DNA of 64,000 nucleotides from Chloropicon primus (taxonomy: Eukaryota). The DNA is taken from contig CP060768.1 of NCBI GenBank assembly GCA_023205875.1, positions 1 to 64,000 on the forward strand. Direction: 5' to 3'. Every line of letters starts with the position of its first letter. Position 1 is the first letter of the stretch. Below are positions 55,434-64,000 of the stretch, one piece after another. Position numbers and translations under genes: made by a program. The notes below the pieces were generated by a model that saw only the letters and a list, made by a program, of their open reading frames with translations, was not told the DNA's origin and did no database searches.

Positions 55434-56750
55434 ATGAGCAACGGTGCTGTGCAGAGGACCAAGGGGAGGGGGGCCTCGGGGCTCCCTGCCCTGGAAACGG
55501 AGCCCGGCGCGGTTCCTCCCATCGACGAGGACGACAGGACCGTGACCAAGGGCATTCTCGTCGTGTGCTTTCTGCAGATAGCGCTCGGCTGCTTTTATCA
55601 GACGTGCACGATTCCGACAGCAAGGCAGTACGCGGAGGAGCTGAACGCCCCGGCTCACTTCGATGCGTACACCGTTGGGGCGGTCAGCATAGGCTCTGCG
55701 GTGATTCAGCCCCTCTATCGGTGGCTGCTCTCCAAGTCCTTCGCCGCAACGATGCACTTCCAGCTTGTGTGCATCCAACTCGGCAGCATCCTTTACTCCC
55801 TAGCGCAGGTTGCAGGGAAGATGGAGCTTCTCGTCGTCGGCAGGCTGCTCGGAGGCTTCGGAGCCTCCCAGTACCCCATCTACCAGTTCATTGCCGAGTC
55901 TGTGGGGAAGAACCACAGAAGCAAGGTGATCTCACTCGTCTCGGGTTTCGGGAAGAGCTTTGGCTTCGCGCTGGGGCCCATCTTCGCGGCCTGCGTGGCG
56001 AACGTGGATTTCCAGCTTGGGGACATGGTTGTGGACAAAGAAACGAATCCGGGGTGGATGGTTGCGCTTCTTTGCGTTGTCCAGATTGCTCTGGTCGTGT
56101 GGGTCTTCCCTCGCGAAGGTTCGAAACTGATTGGCAAGGAGAAGCTCTCTGCAGACCTGCCGGAATCGGCCGCGCCAAACTTCATGTCGTTGAAGGCAAA
56201 GGTCTTTCACTACTTCGCTTTGTCTTACGTAGTCCTCATGATTGCTTTGTCCAACGCATTCTTATCCGCGTGGCAGCTTGCGGCAACCAAAGTGATTCAG
56301 CTTACCTTCGAGTGGTCGGTGCAGTGGAGCGCAGTCCTCGTCGGCGGAATATGCTTCACCCCGGCATTCGTCACCCCGTTGCTCGGCAGGCTCAGCTACA
56401 AATTTCAAGATCGGACAATTCTCCTCTTCAGCTGCCTTGCCCAACTCTTGAGCTGCGTGCTCCTGTTCGATTACGGGACCCCCATTCCTTATCTTATCGG
56501 GGGACTCCTGATCTTCAATGCCATGACTTCCGAGGTCATGTTCAGCCTTTCGCTTTCCACCAAGGTCGCGTTCTTGAGCGAGGTGGACGTCGTTATGTCC
56601 GTCATTGGCTTGTCCACCATTTCAAGGCTTCCCGGCTTTATGCTCGGGTCATACTTGGCGATGGACGAGCTCGCGGGCACCTTCCTCGCTGGCTCGCTCC
56701 TCTCCGTGCTGGGCGCCTGCGTTTTCTTCAAGAAGCTCGTTCCCACATGA
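55434..56750 (+). CDS. Major facilitator superfamily transporter (resembles the MFS part of SPX-MFS/MFSD8)
   Basis: IPTARQYAEEL, LLVVGRLLGGFG, GFALGP and TNPGWMVA; ~12 TM segments. Confidence 0.85.
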   Translation: MSNGAVQRTKGRGASGLPALETEPGAVPPIDEDDRTVTKGILVVCFLQIALGCFYQTCTIPTARQYAEELNAPAHFDAYTVGAVSIGSAVIQPLYRWLLSKSFAATMHFQLVCIQLGSILYSLAQVAGKMELLVVGRLLGGFGASQYPIYQFIAESVGKNHRSKVISLVSGFGKSFGFALGPIFAACVANVDFQLGDMVVDKETNPGWMVALLCVVQIALVVWVFPREGSKLIGKEKLSADLPESAAPNFMSLKAKVFHYFALSYVVLMIALSNAFLSAWQLAATKVIQLTFEWSVQWSAVLVGGICFTPAFVTPLLGRLSYKFQDRTILLFSCLAQLLSCVLLFDYGTPIPYLIGGLLIFNAMTSEVMFSLSLSTKVAFLSEVDVVMSVIGLSTISRLPGFMLGSYLAMDELAGTFLAGSLLSVLGACVFFKKLVPT

Positions 56751-56818
56751 CAGCACGTGACGACGATGGAGTGAGATCAAAAAGCTGTCCCGGCAAAAAA
56801 AATGTAATAACACTTTTG

Positions 56819-57859
56819 TTAATGTTTACCGACGATCGCCACGACGGCCGTGATGTCGTCTGGCTTGCCCCCTGCGTACGGATTTTCCTCCTTCTTGATC
56901 CCGAGACTTGCCAGCAAGCCATTGATTCCGTTCGGCACAGCCATGGATTCCTCCTTCTTCGACAGCGCAAAGGCCTCCGCAGCAAATGGGGAGACGTAGT
57001 TCTTGTCCCTCGAGTTGTCGCTCGCCTTCCTGGCGATCATTTCAGCCATCCCGCCCGCGGACTTCCCTCTCTTGCCCACTATTCTCCCAATGTCCTTGTC
57101 AAACATGTTGTCGAACACCCCGTCCGTTGCCAGGACCACAACATCCCCGCTCCTCAGCTTCACCTCTTCGCCCTCGGCCGCGTCCGGGGTGTCGCACTGC
57201 GAGACTTTCTTGGGGTTCGCCAGCTGCTTAGGGCAGTTGAAGTAGTGCTCCTGAACCGAGGAGGCTGCCACCACGCTGCCCCTCCGGAAAACCTTGACGC
57301 CCGAGTCCCCCACGTTGGAGTACCGCAGGAGGATCCCCCCGCTGTCGCAGTCCACGGTCGCCACCGTGAACGTGCTGCTCCCCAGGGACTCCGCCTTGGC
57401 GTGCGCGTAGTCCAAAACCTCAAAGGGATCCCCCCACAGGAACGCCGCGTCCTTTCCGTACTTGCTCAGCTCCCTGGCGTAGAGCGCCGGATCCACCCCG
57501 TCCTCCGCCCAGCCGCTCACCCCGTCCGCCACGCCCATCGTGATCGAGTACACCTCATTGCTCGACGACCTCCTCTCGTACGTGAAGTAACTGTCCTCCC
57601 CTCCCTTGTCCACCTTGGCCGGGTGAGGGATCACGAAAGCTCCGTGCTCTATCGAGTCAACGGACGCTGGAGCAGGAACCTCAACAATCGTCCCAACCGT
57701 CGTTGTTGTCGTCGTCGCCACAGACCCGCCATTGCGCCTGTCCCTCCTCGCCCTCTCGTAGTCCTGCTTCCAACCCTTTCCGGTATAATAGTTGGTGGAC
57801 CTCCTCCCTCCGAAGGAACTCAACTGTCTCTTCAACGCATCGCAACGCACCATGCTCAT
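56819..57859 (-). CDS. Protein phosphatase 2C, PTC7 type (organelle-targeted)
   Basis: IPHPAK..KGGEDSYF, GVADGVSGW, GSST, NVGDSG, LATDGVFDN and GGKPDDIT. Confidence 0.92.
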   Translation of the reverse strand: MSMVRCDALKRQLSSFGGRRSTNYYTGKGWKQDYERARRDRRNGGSVATTTTTTVGTIVEVPAPASVDSIEHGAFVIPHPAKVDKGGEDSYFTYERRSSSNEVYSITMGVADGVSGWAEDGVDPALYARELSKYGKDAAFLWGDPFEVLDYAHAKAESLGSSTFTVATVDCDSGGILLRYSNVGDSGVKVFRRGSVVAASSVQEHYFNCPKQLANPKKVSQCDTPDAAEGEEVKLRSGDVVVLATDGVFDNMFDKDIGRIVGKRGKSAGGMAEMIARKASDNSRDKNYVSPFAAEAFALSKKEESMAVPNGINGLLASLGIKKEENPYAGGKPDDITAVVAIVGKH

Positions 57860-58545
57860 CCTGACCCAATGAAGCCGAAGCCAACACGGTACCAACTCAA
57901 AGAACTAGACACCTCCTCCTGGATCACCACACTGATGTTGGCATCAGCACCATCATCATCATCAACAACAACAACAACATCAAAGGAAAAACATCTCATC
58001 AGTTTCAAGTCTCTCCAATCCTTTTCCCCCCCCCAAAAAAAAACAATTGCTGAACCGAAACGAAGCCAAAAGAGTGAGGTGCACGACACGGCGCCGAGTC
58101 GTACAGCGGCGTCTCCACCCCTCGCCTCCACCGTCCCGAAGCTCTTACCTCTCGCCGTCAACCCACACCCTCCCCTTCCTCCTCTCTCTCTCTTTCTTGT
58201 TCACAAATCCTTCACCAGAGCGTCCTACGTTTCGAGCAAGCGACCAATGGAAAGAGAACGAGACGAAGCATCCGTGTGTCTCACCCCCTCGTGCCCTTCC
58301 TGCCGTCCCCGCCCGCTTACCTCGCCCCTCTGCGCCCCTCTCCCTCTCTCTCTCCTCTGAGGGCCTTGCTCGAAATATCTTTTGAGAGGGATCGAGGAGG
58401 AAGGGAAGGGGATTGGCTCCGCTCCTCCGCTACGGTGTTGTGTTGTGTTGTGTCACGGCGGGAAACCTTGACGAGCTTCACCATCGCGGAGACTGGCACC
58501 ACAAGCTTCCTCATCGCTGCATCCTTTCATCATCCTTCGATTGAA

Positions 58546-58591
<46 letters not shown>

Positions 58592-58689
58592 TCACTCCAA
58601 GAAGCTCTTGTCTCATCATCAATCACGAGGATAGGTTGGGTTGATTGAGTGATTGGATTGGGTTGGGTTGGGTTGGGTTGGGTTGCACG

Positions 58690-59613
58690 ATGTCTCGGAA
58701 GGAGAGGAGGCTGTTCGCGAACATCTTGGAGGGTGTGATGGATGGAGAGGAGGCGGCCGAGGCTGGACTGCCCTTCCAATCGGGGGTCAAGCTCTATTGC
58801 TTGTCCCAGCAGGAGGAGGAGAAGCCGAGGGTGAGGGCGGAGAATGCCACTGTGTTGCTGTGGATGTCCCTGGACAGTGACTTGCCGGATCCAGAGGACC
58901 CAGATGCGTCCTCCACTCCGCAGTACCTCACGGTGAAGGAGAAGTGGGAGGACTGGGCGGAGGCCTTCTTCTCCAAGACGGGTGCCAAGCGGGTGTATGT
59001 GGTGGACTTCTCCCTCCTCCGGGGGGACTTCATGAGCGAATTCTCGTCCCACGCGTTGTGCAAGAGGCTGGGCAAGCAGATCTTGAGAGTCCTCACCAAG
59101 TTCAACATGTATGACGCCAACCTGGTGGCGTACGAGCACTCGTCATGCATCGCGTACAAGCTCCTGGGCCAGAGCGACCTCCTGCTCGAGCGGTTCAACA
59201 AGCTTGTCCTGGTCAATCCAACGATCCCGCAGAAGCAGAACTGGTTCCAGTACGGCCGGTCGGAGAAGATGGACGTCGAGCTGGCCATCTTCGCGGAGAC
59301 CGAAGAGAGGCTGGACTTTGTCGCGTCCCAGGAGTTTGTCCAGTGCAGCTGCCAGGGCGAGAACGTGAAGAAGATCCTCTTGGGGCCCAAGGGGGAGGAC
59401 TCCGAGGAGCAGATCAGGGACAAAGTCATAGACTGGCTTCGGGATAACGTGAGCGCGTTCGACACGGAGGGGGCGTGGGAACCGCCGAGGGGCTTTGACG
59501 ACGACGGCGGCGACTCGGAATCAGATGAAACCTACGTCACCGTTTTCGAGGTCATCTTTTACATGGACAGGTACTCGAAGCAGCTCGCGCAGAGGTTGCT
59601 GTACTGCGCGTAA
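58690..59613 (+). CDS. Hypothetical protein, possibly a degenerate alpha/beta-hydrolase fold
   Basis: ~307-aa ORF with coding-type GC3 bias; RVYVVDF, NLVAYEHSS and KLVLVNP patterns, but no GxSxG. Confidence 0.7.
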   Translation: MSRKERRLFANILEGVMDGEEAAEAGLPFQSGVKLYCLSQQEEEKPRVRAENATVLLWMSLDSDLPDPEDPDASSTPQYLTVKEKWEDWAEAFFSKTGAKRVYVVDFSLLRGDFMSEFSSHALCKRLGKQILRVLTKFNMYDANLVAYEHSSCIAYKLLGQSDLLLERFNKLVLVNPTIPQKQNWFQYGRSEKMDVELAIFAETEERLDFVASQEFVQCSCQGENVKKILLGPKGEDSEEQIRDKVIDWLRDNVSAFDTEGAWEPPRGFDDDGGDSESDETYVTVFEVIFYMDRYSKQLAQRLLYCA

Positions 59614-59704
59614 AGAGCAGGGGGTGAACCAGCACCAGAGCTCTGTAAGACTACAAACATATATATAATTTGGACGAAACGTATCTAAGTCTTCTTCTTC
59701 TCTT

Positions 59705-61519
59705 TCAGGGGCCCATGTCGTCGTTCAAGGCGCCGAGCATGTCCTGGTACGCGCCCGTGCCCTGATCGCTTGGGTAAGGAACCTCGGGGGTCGACCCTCC
59801 GGCCCACCTCCACAAGTCCTCGTACCTTGGGTAGGCCAAAGTCTTCCTGTCCTCGTGCTCCTCGTACCTCGGGGCAAGCTGGGCCCCCGTGCTCAGGACG
59901 GCCTTGCAGATCACGATGAACATCTTCGACCTCGCGGCCAAGAAGTCCTCCGTGGAGCCAGACGTCAGCCCGCAACTGATGCCAATGTCGATCGAATGGG
60001 CTCCGATCGCGCAGACGTAGACACGGACCGGCCTGTACTCATCGATGAAGCCGCCGTCGGGGCCTGTGTCAATTCTAGCGATGGCCTTTCTGACCTCCTT
60101 CAACACCTTTTCGATAAGATAAATATCAGCATGCCTGATGCTCACGGTCACCGCGAGCAGCTGCCCTGACCGCCTCTTCCCGTACACCGAGGTCTTGTTG
60201 GTGACCACCGAAGTCAGGAAGACCGAGTTCGGAATGAAAACCGGGCCGGCGGGGCACTGGAGTCTCGTGATGAACCAGCCCACCTTGTCCACAAAGCCCT
60301 CGAAATTGCCTTTGGAGTCCGCGATGAGGTCGTTCCTGTTGAAAGGCGTCGTCGTGTTGAGCACGAGCCCCCCAAAGAGGTTGCTGACCACTTGCTGCGC
60401 GGCAAAGCCTACCGCGAGACCGGCGACTCCACCAAACGTCAGCAGAGGCTTGAGGGGCACGCCCAGCTGGTCCAGGGAGAAGATGAAGTTCGCGATCCAG
60501 ATGATCGGCGTGAGAACCCTGTCCGCGACGACGTACGCGTTCGCAGTCGCGGCAGTCGACATCAGCGGCCTGTCCTTCCCAAGCTGCTCGAGCTCCTTTG
60601 CCCTGTCCATCTGATCCTTCGCCGCCCTCCGCAGGGCCCTTCTCTTCCAGCTGTTCAGCGCCTTCGCGGCGTAGAGCGTCACAAAGAGGCTCGGAAGTAC
60701 CGAAAGGAAGGTGTCCCCAGCCGTGGCCGCGGATACTGGCACGATCTCGTACAAAAGTGGCCCCTTGGCCGCCGAGAGCAGCACGTACGTCCACCCGATC
60801 AACTGCACGACGAACTCAAGGAGCGTGGCGTACTGCTTCACGGACTTTGGCAAGCTCTTGACAATGACTTTCTCGGCCTCGAAGCCCAGGAGCAGAATCA
60901 GGGCAAAGAGCTCGAGGAGCCTCGGCGGAGGAACCGGACTCCCGCTCGAGACCGCCAGGTAGCCCGAGACCCAAGCAATGGTCGCCACGAGACCCACCTG
61001 GAAGAAGAGGTCCACGTTGCGGGATCCCTCGCTCGCGCTTGCAAAGTACTGCTCCTGCCTCCTCTCCTGGGCCTCCCTCTCCGTCTTCTCCTCCTCCAGC
61101 TGAGTGTAGTAGCTCTCGAAAGCCTCGAGCTTCTCCTCGTCCATGGACGACGTCATGAAGTTCTCTCCGCTGAGTTCGTCCGCCGCGTAGCTCCCGCCCG
61201 CCGCCGCCGTCGGCTTCGACAGACCTATGTTGTCCATTTCGAAATCCATGCTCTCGCCGGAGTAGTACGCCTCGAAAACGCCGAGCTTGTCCTCGCCCCC
61301 TTGACCTTCCGCTTCCTTCTTCCTCTTGGCGCTTGGCTCGGCGGATTCCTTGGGCGAGTTCGAGGCGTTCTCCCCCTCGCCTTTGGCCCGGACAGGGAGC
61401 AGCCTCTTGCCATTCGTAACCCTCCTCCTCGCGCCATCCTTCCCCCTCGCCGCCGCGCACCTCCCTTCCCTTTGCGTCCCCACCTGCCGCAGCTTCACCC
61501 TCGGCGCCCTCATCCTCAT
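59705..61519 (-). CDS. Mechanosensitive channel of small conductance (MscS-like), probably organelle-targeted
   Basis: LLTFGGVAGLAVGFAAQQVVSNLFGG..PF, GFVDKVGWFIT and PVFIPNS. Confidence 0.9.
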   Translation of the reverse strand: MRMRAPRVKLRQVGTQREGRCAAARGKDGARRRVTNGKRLLPVRAKGEGENASNSPKESAEPSAKRKKEAEGQGGEDKLGVFEAYYSGESMDFEMDNIGLSKPTAAAGGSYAADELSGENFMTSSMDEEKLEAFESYYTQLEEEKTEREAQERRQEQYFASASEGSRNVDLFFQVGLVATIAWVSGYLAVSSGSPVPPPRLLELFALILLLGFEAEKVIVKSLPKSVKQYATLLEFVVQLIGWTYVLLSAAKGPLLYEIVPVSAATAGDTFLSVLPSLFVTLYAAKALNSWKRRALRRAAKDQMDRAKELEQLGKDRPLMSTAATANAYVVADRVLTPIIWIANFIFSLDQLGVPLKPLLTFGGVAGLAVGFAAQQVVSNLFGGLVLNTTTPFNRNDLIADSKGNFEGFVDKVGWFITRLQCPAGPVFIPNSVFLTSVVTNKTSVYGKRRSGQLLAVTVSIRHADIYLIEKVLKEVRKAIARIDTGPDGGFIDEYRPVRVYVCAIGAHSIDIGISCGLTSGSTEDFLAARSKMFIVICKAVLSTGAQLAPRYEEHEDRKTLAYPRYEDLWRWAGGSTPEVPYPSDQGTGAYQDMLGALNDDMGP

Positions 61520-61879
61520 CTTGTGACTGAGGTTGACTCCAAGCTTTATCCAAAAGATCTCCCATCTAAATCAGAAATCAGGAAGATCTTCCTGGGTCCA
61601 AGGCGCACGAAAGGTTCATCTTGGTGTCCGCGAGGTCGCTCTCGCACTGGCTGAGCCTTTTGATCTCGTCCTTGAGGCCATCCGTAAGGCTTCGCTCGTT
61701 ATCCAGCTCCACTCCCTTGTCCTTGAGACCTGAGGCGGCTGATGGATCAAGGGGGAAAGGATGGAGGGGAGGGGATCAATGATGGGGGGCGGCCCTTCGC
61801 CTGAGTACTGCGAGTACTGCGACGCGTCTGAGGCCCGTGCACGAGTACGCCACACTTGTGATCTCATTTCCTCAATTGT

Positions 61880-61920
<41 letters not shown>

Positions 61921-62165
61921 GGGCATCCCATGAAGCCCTCCAGGAGGAGAGCACCCAATCTCAATCATCTCAGCTCTGGTGGCCATGGATCGGATCCAAG
62001 GGTTGACGCTCCCATGGCGCCGCCACCTTCCCCCCTTTCTTTTCTTGGTTGGACCGGCCCGGTCCCTCCCCTTTTGAAGCTCAAAGAAAGAAAGAATGCC
62101 GTGATTATTCTATTTTACAAACAAACAACAACGATGGATACGGGTGAGTGATCCCAAACACGAAA

Positions 62166-64000
62166 TCAAGAGCCCGCTGCCGTGCCTGGCCTCGACTTGG
62201 ATCTGGACTTGGGCCTGAGTTTGTTGATCGCTGCATTTGCCCTCTGCAGACTCGAAACTCGCCGATACTTCTCGGACATTTCCCTGTACTGCTCCTCCTT
62301 TTTCATCATGTCCTTCTGCATCTTCGCCTTCTCCTCCCTCAGCGTCCTCACCCTGTCCGTGAGATTCTTGTTCATCTCCCGCAGAGCGATGAGCTCCTGG
62401 CCCAAGTCCTTCGTGTCCGACTCGACCTTGGCGTTGTGCTGCCTCATCGGCTTCGCCGAGGGCGGGGGGCAACTTGGGGGAGGTGGCTGGAAAGACGGCT
62501 TCGACTTCAGGTCCTGGATCGTCAAGTTCTTCCCTGCGACATCCTTCTGCAGCGCGGCTATCTTGAGCATGAGGGCGTCCTTCTCCTTGCCAAAGCTCTC
62601 CGACTTGGTGCTCATCTCGTTGCCCAGCCTCTGCTGCTCCTTCTTGGCCAGCTCAGCCACCTCCCGCAGCTTTTTCATGTTGCTCAGGGACGCGCCTGAG
62701 GAGGACAAGTTCACGTTCCTCGCCCGGAAGGCAAACATCAAGCTGCAAAGGCTCTCGTGGGCGTGCAGGACAGAAGGAGAGATGTTGACGAAGAGCATCG
62801 TCTTGCACTCATTCCCGAGGGAATCGCTGAGCAGATACGTCAGCTTTGAGTTCCGGAAAGGAATGTGGCTCGCCGTGGACCTCGTCTGGGCGCTCGCAAG
62901 CGACGCGATGACATCCCCCAAGGCGCTCAAAGACTTGTTGATGTAAGACGCTTCCTTGAGCCTCTCACCCTCGACGCAACTTTTCGAGACGCGCTCGCTT
63001 CCAGCAAGGTCGATGAAACTGATTTTGGACGTGAAGCTCGTCTGCTTGGAGACGTTGTGGTTGACGCAGCTGATCATCATCACCAGGTGGGACCGAGACG
63101 AGTGCTCGTTCATCATCGTGACCCCGACGCTCCTGTTCTTGGACCCCATGTACAGCAACTGCAGAACCTCCTCTGCCGTGCTCACGGGCTTTTCTGTCAG
63201 GTTTGGAACGTAAACCCCCGTCCCATCTTCCCTCATTTTGATGTCCAGCTTCTTGCTCGCAACGGTGGACTTCTCCTCCAGCAAGTCCTTGATCTGCTCG
63301 TTGTAAATCTCAAGCATGCTGAGATTGAACGTGTACTCCACGACGCCTGGCACGGCGCACTCCCCGTTCGCCAGTGTGAACAGCTCCTTGATCGCCCTGA
63401 AAGTGACGCCTCGATCGTTCTCGGGCCCCTCCATCGTGTGCGTCTTTCCACTGCCCGTCTGGCCATAAGCGAAAACGCAGACGTTGAACCCATCAAGGGC
63501 GCTTTGGACCAGAGGCTTGACGCTTTCCTCGTACACCGTCGTCTGAGAGCTGGTCTCATTGAAGACCCTGTCGAACTCAAAGTCCTTCCGGCTCATGCTC
63601 CTTCCGTTCTGCTGCCTCTCCTGTGGTACCAGCGCGACCTGCCTGTTCGCCCTATCCTCGTTGGGAAACTCGACGCAAGAGATGCGCCCTTCCTGAGAGT
63701 TCAGGGGCCTCACCCTGCAAAACACTCGGATGTTTCCCTTTGCTCTCAGCAGCTCATTGAAGAGGCGCCGCCTCTCAGCCATGACCGGGCCGATCTTGTT
63801 CTCTGCCTCCTCTATCGCACTCTTTGCCGCGGAGGAGACCGACCTCAGCTTCTTCACCAGGCTCTGGATCGCCCAGGCCATCGGGTCGTCGCTGCAGCTG
63901 TGCACCGATAACGCGGAGCCGAAATTCCTCGTCTGCCTGGCCACCTCGTCCTTGGCGGTCGAGACGCAGCTGCTCAGATCCCTCACCTTTTTCTGTATGT
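62166..64000 (-). CDS. Kinesin-14 family motor; 5' end is probably outside the window
   Basis: ERRRLFNEL..KGNIRVFCRVRP neck, FAYGQTGSGKT, SSRSH, DLAGSER and HIPFRNSKLT; coiled coils on both sides of the motor. Confidence 0.93.
   Translation of the reverse strand, partial: IQKKVRDLSSCVSTAKDEVARQTRNFGSALSVHSCSDDPMAWAIQSLVKKLRSVSSAAKSAIEEAENKIGPVMAERRRLFNELLRAKGNIRVFCRVRPLNSQEGRISCVEFPNEDRANRQVALVPQERQQNGRSMSRKDFEFDRVFNETSSQTTVYEESVKPLVQSALDGFNVCVFAYGQTGSGKTHTMEGPENDRGVTFRAIKELFTLANGECAVPGVVEYTFNLSMLEIYNEQIKDLLEEKSTVASKKLDIKMREDGTGVYVPNLTEKPVSTAEEVLQLLYMGSKNRSVGVTMMNEHSSRSHLVMMISCVNHNVSKQTSFTSKISFIDLAGSERVSKSCVEGERLKEASYINKSLSALGDVIASLASAQTRSTASHIPFRNSKLTYLLSDSLGNECKTMLFVNISPSVLHAHESLCSLMFAFRARNVNLSSSGASLSNMKKLREVAELAKKEQQRLGNEMSTKSESFGKEKDALMLKIAALQKDVAGKNLTIQDLKSKPSFQPPPPSCPPPSAKPMRQHNAKVESDTKDLGQELIALREMNKNLTDRVRTLREEKAKMQKDMMKKEEQYREMSEKYRRVSSLQRANAAINKLRPKSRSKSRPGTAAGS

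Noticed and set aside
9128..61917. Abundant (GA)n, (GT)n, (GAC)n, (CTT)n and hexamer microsatellites in introns and UTRs
   Set aside because: General background across the window; introns share no sequence that would indicate Introner-type elements.
7531..63911. Many long overlapping ORFs (e.g. 9659-11821, 14075-15763, 22266-24452, 24838-26691, 53194-55053, 55565-58360)
   Set aside because: Antisense or shifted shadows of GC3-rich real genes; they show no motifs.

Overview
Left end of a linear chromosome from a compact, GC-rich green alga. The (TTTTAGG)n telomere, TGTAA poly(A) signals, few short microsatellite-rich GT-AG introns and plastid-targeted genes point to Chloropicon or a close relative (inference). 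The window runs from the telomere (1-310) through a 198-bp subtelomeric satellite and a near-identical ~2.37-kb tandem duplication of an orphan secreted-protein gene. About 30 densely packed protein genes follow, including MMADHC-like, purple acid phosphatase, ClpX, a bacterial-type Fe-ADH, RbfA, PLIP lipase, AGPase, gamma-tubulin, FANCD2, CLP1, RAD51D, flavodoxin, a FANCM-like helicase, RPB10, transporters and kinesin-14. Notable items not visible in the ORF track: (i) a ~2.1-kb AT-rich gene-free island (45.9-48.1 kb) containing decaying gene fragments, a candidate centromere; (ii) a very recent inverted copy of part of the antiporter gene immediately after the FANCM-like stop codon; (iii) two box C/D snoRNAs, one a clear U27/snR74 homologue, in the intron of an apparently non-coding host transcript; (iv) a FANCM-like helicase lacking the insertion domain; (v) a divergent SBP-like Zn-finger/ankyrin protein with an array of RxxS motifs. 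All calls are by eye; no searches were run.
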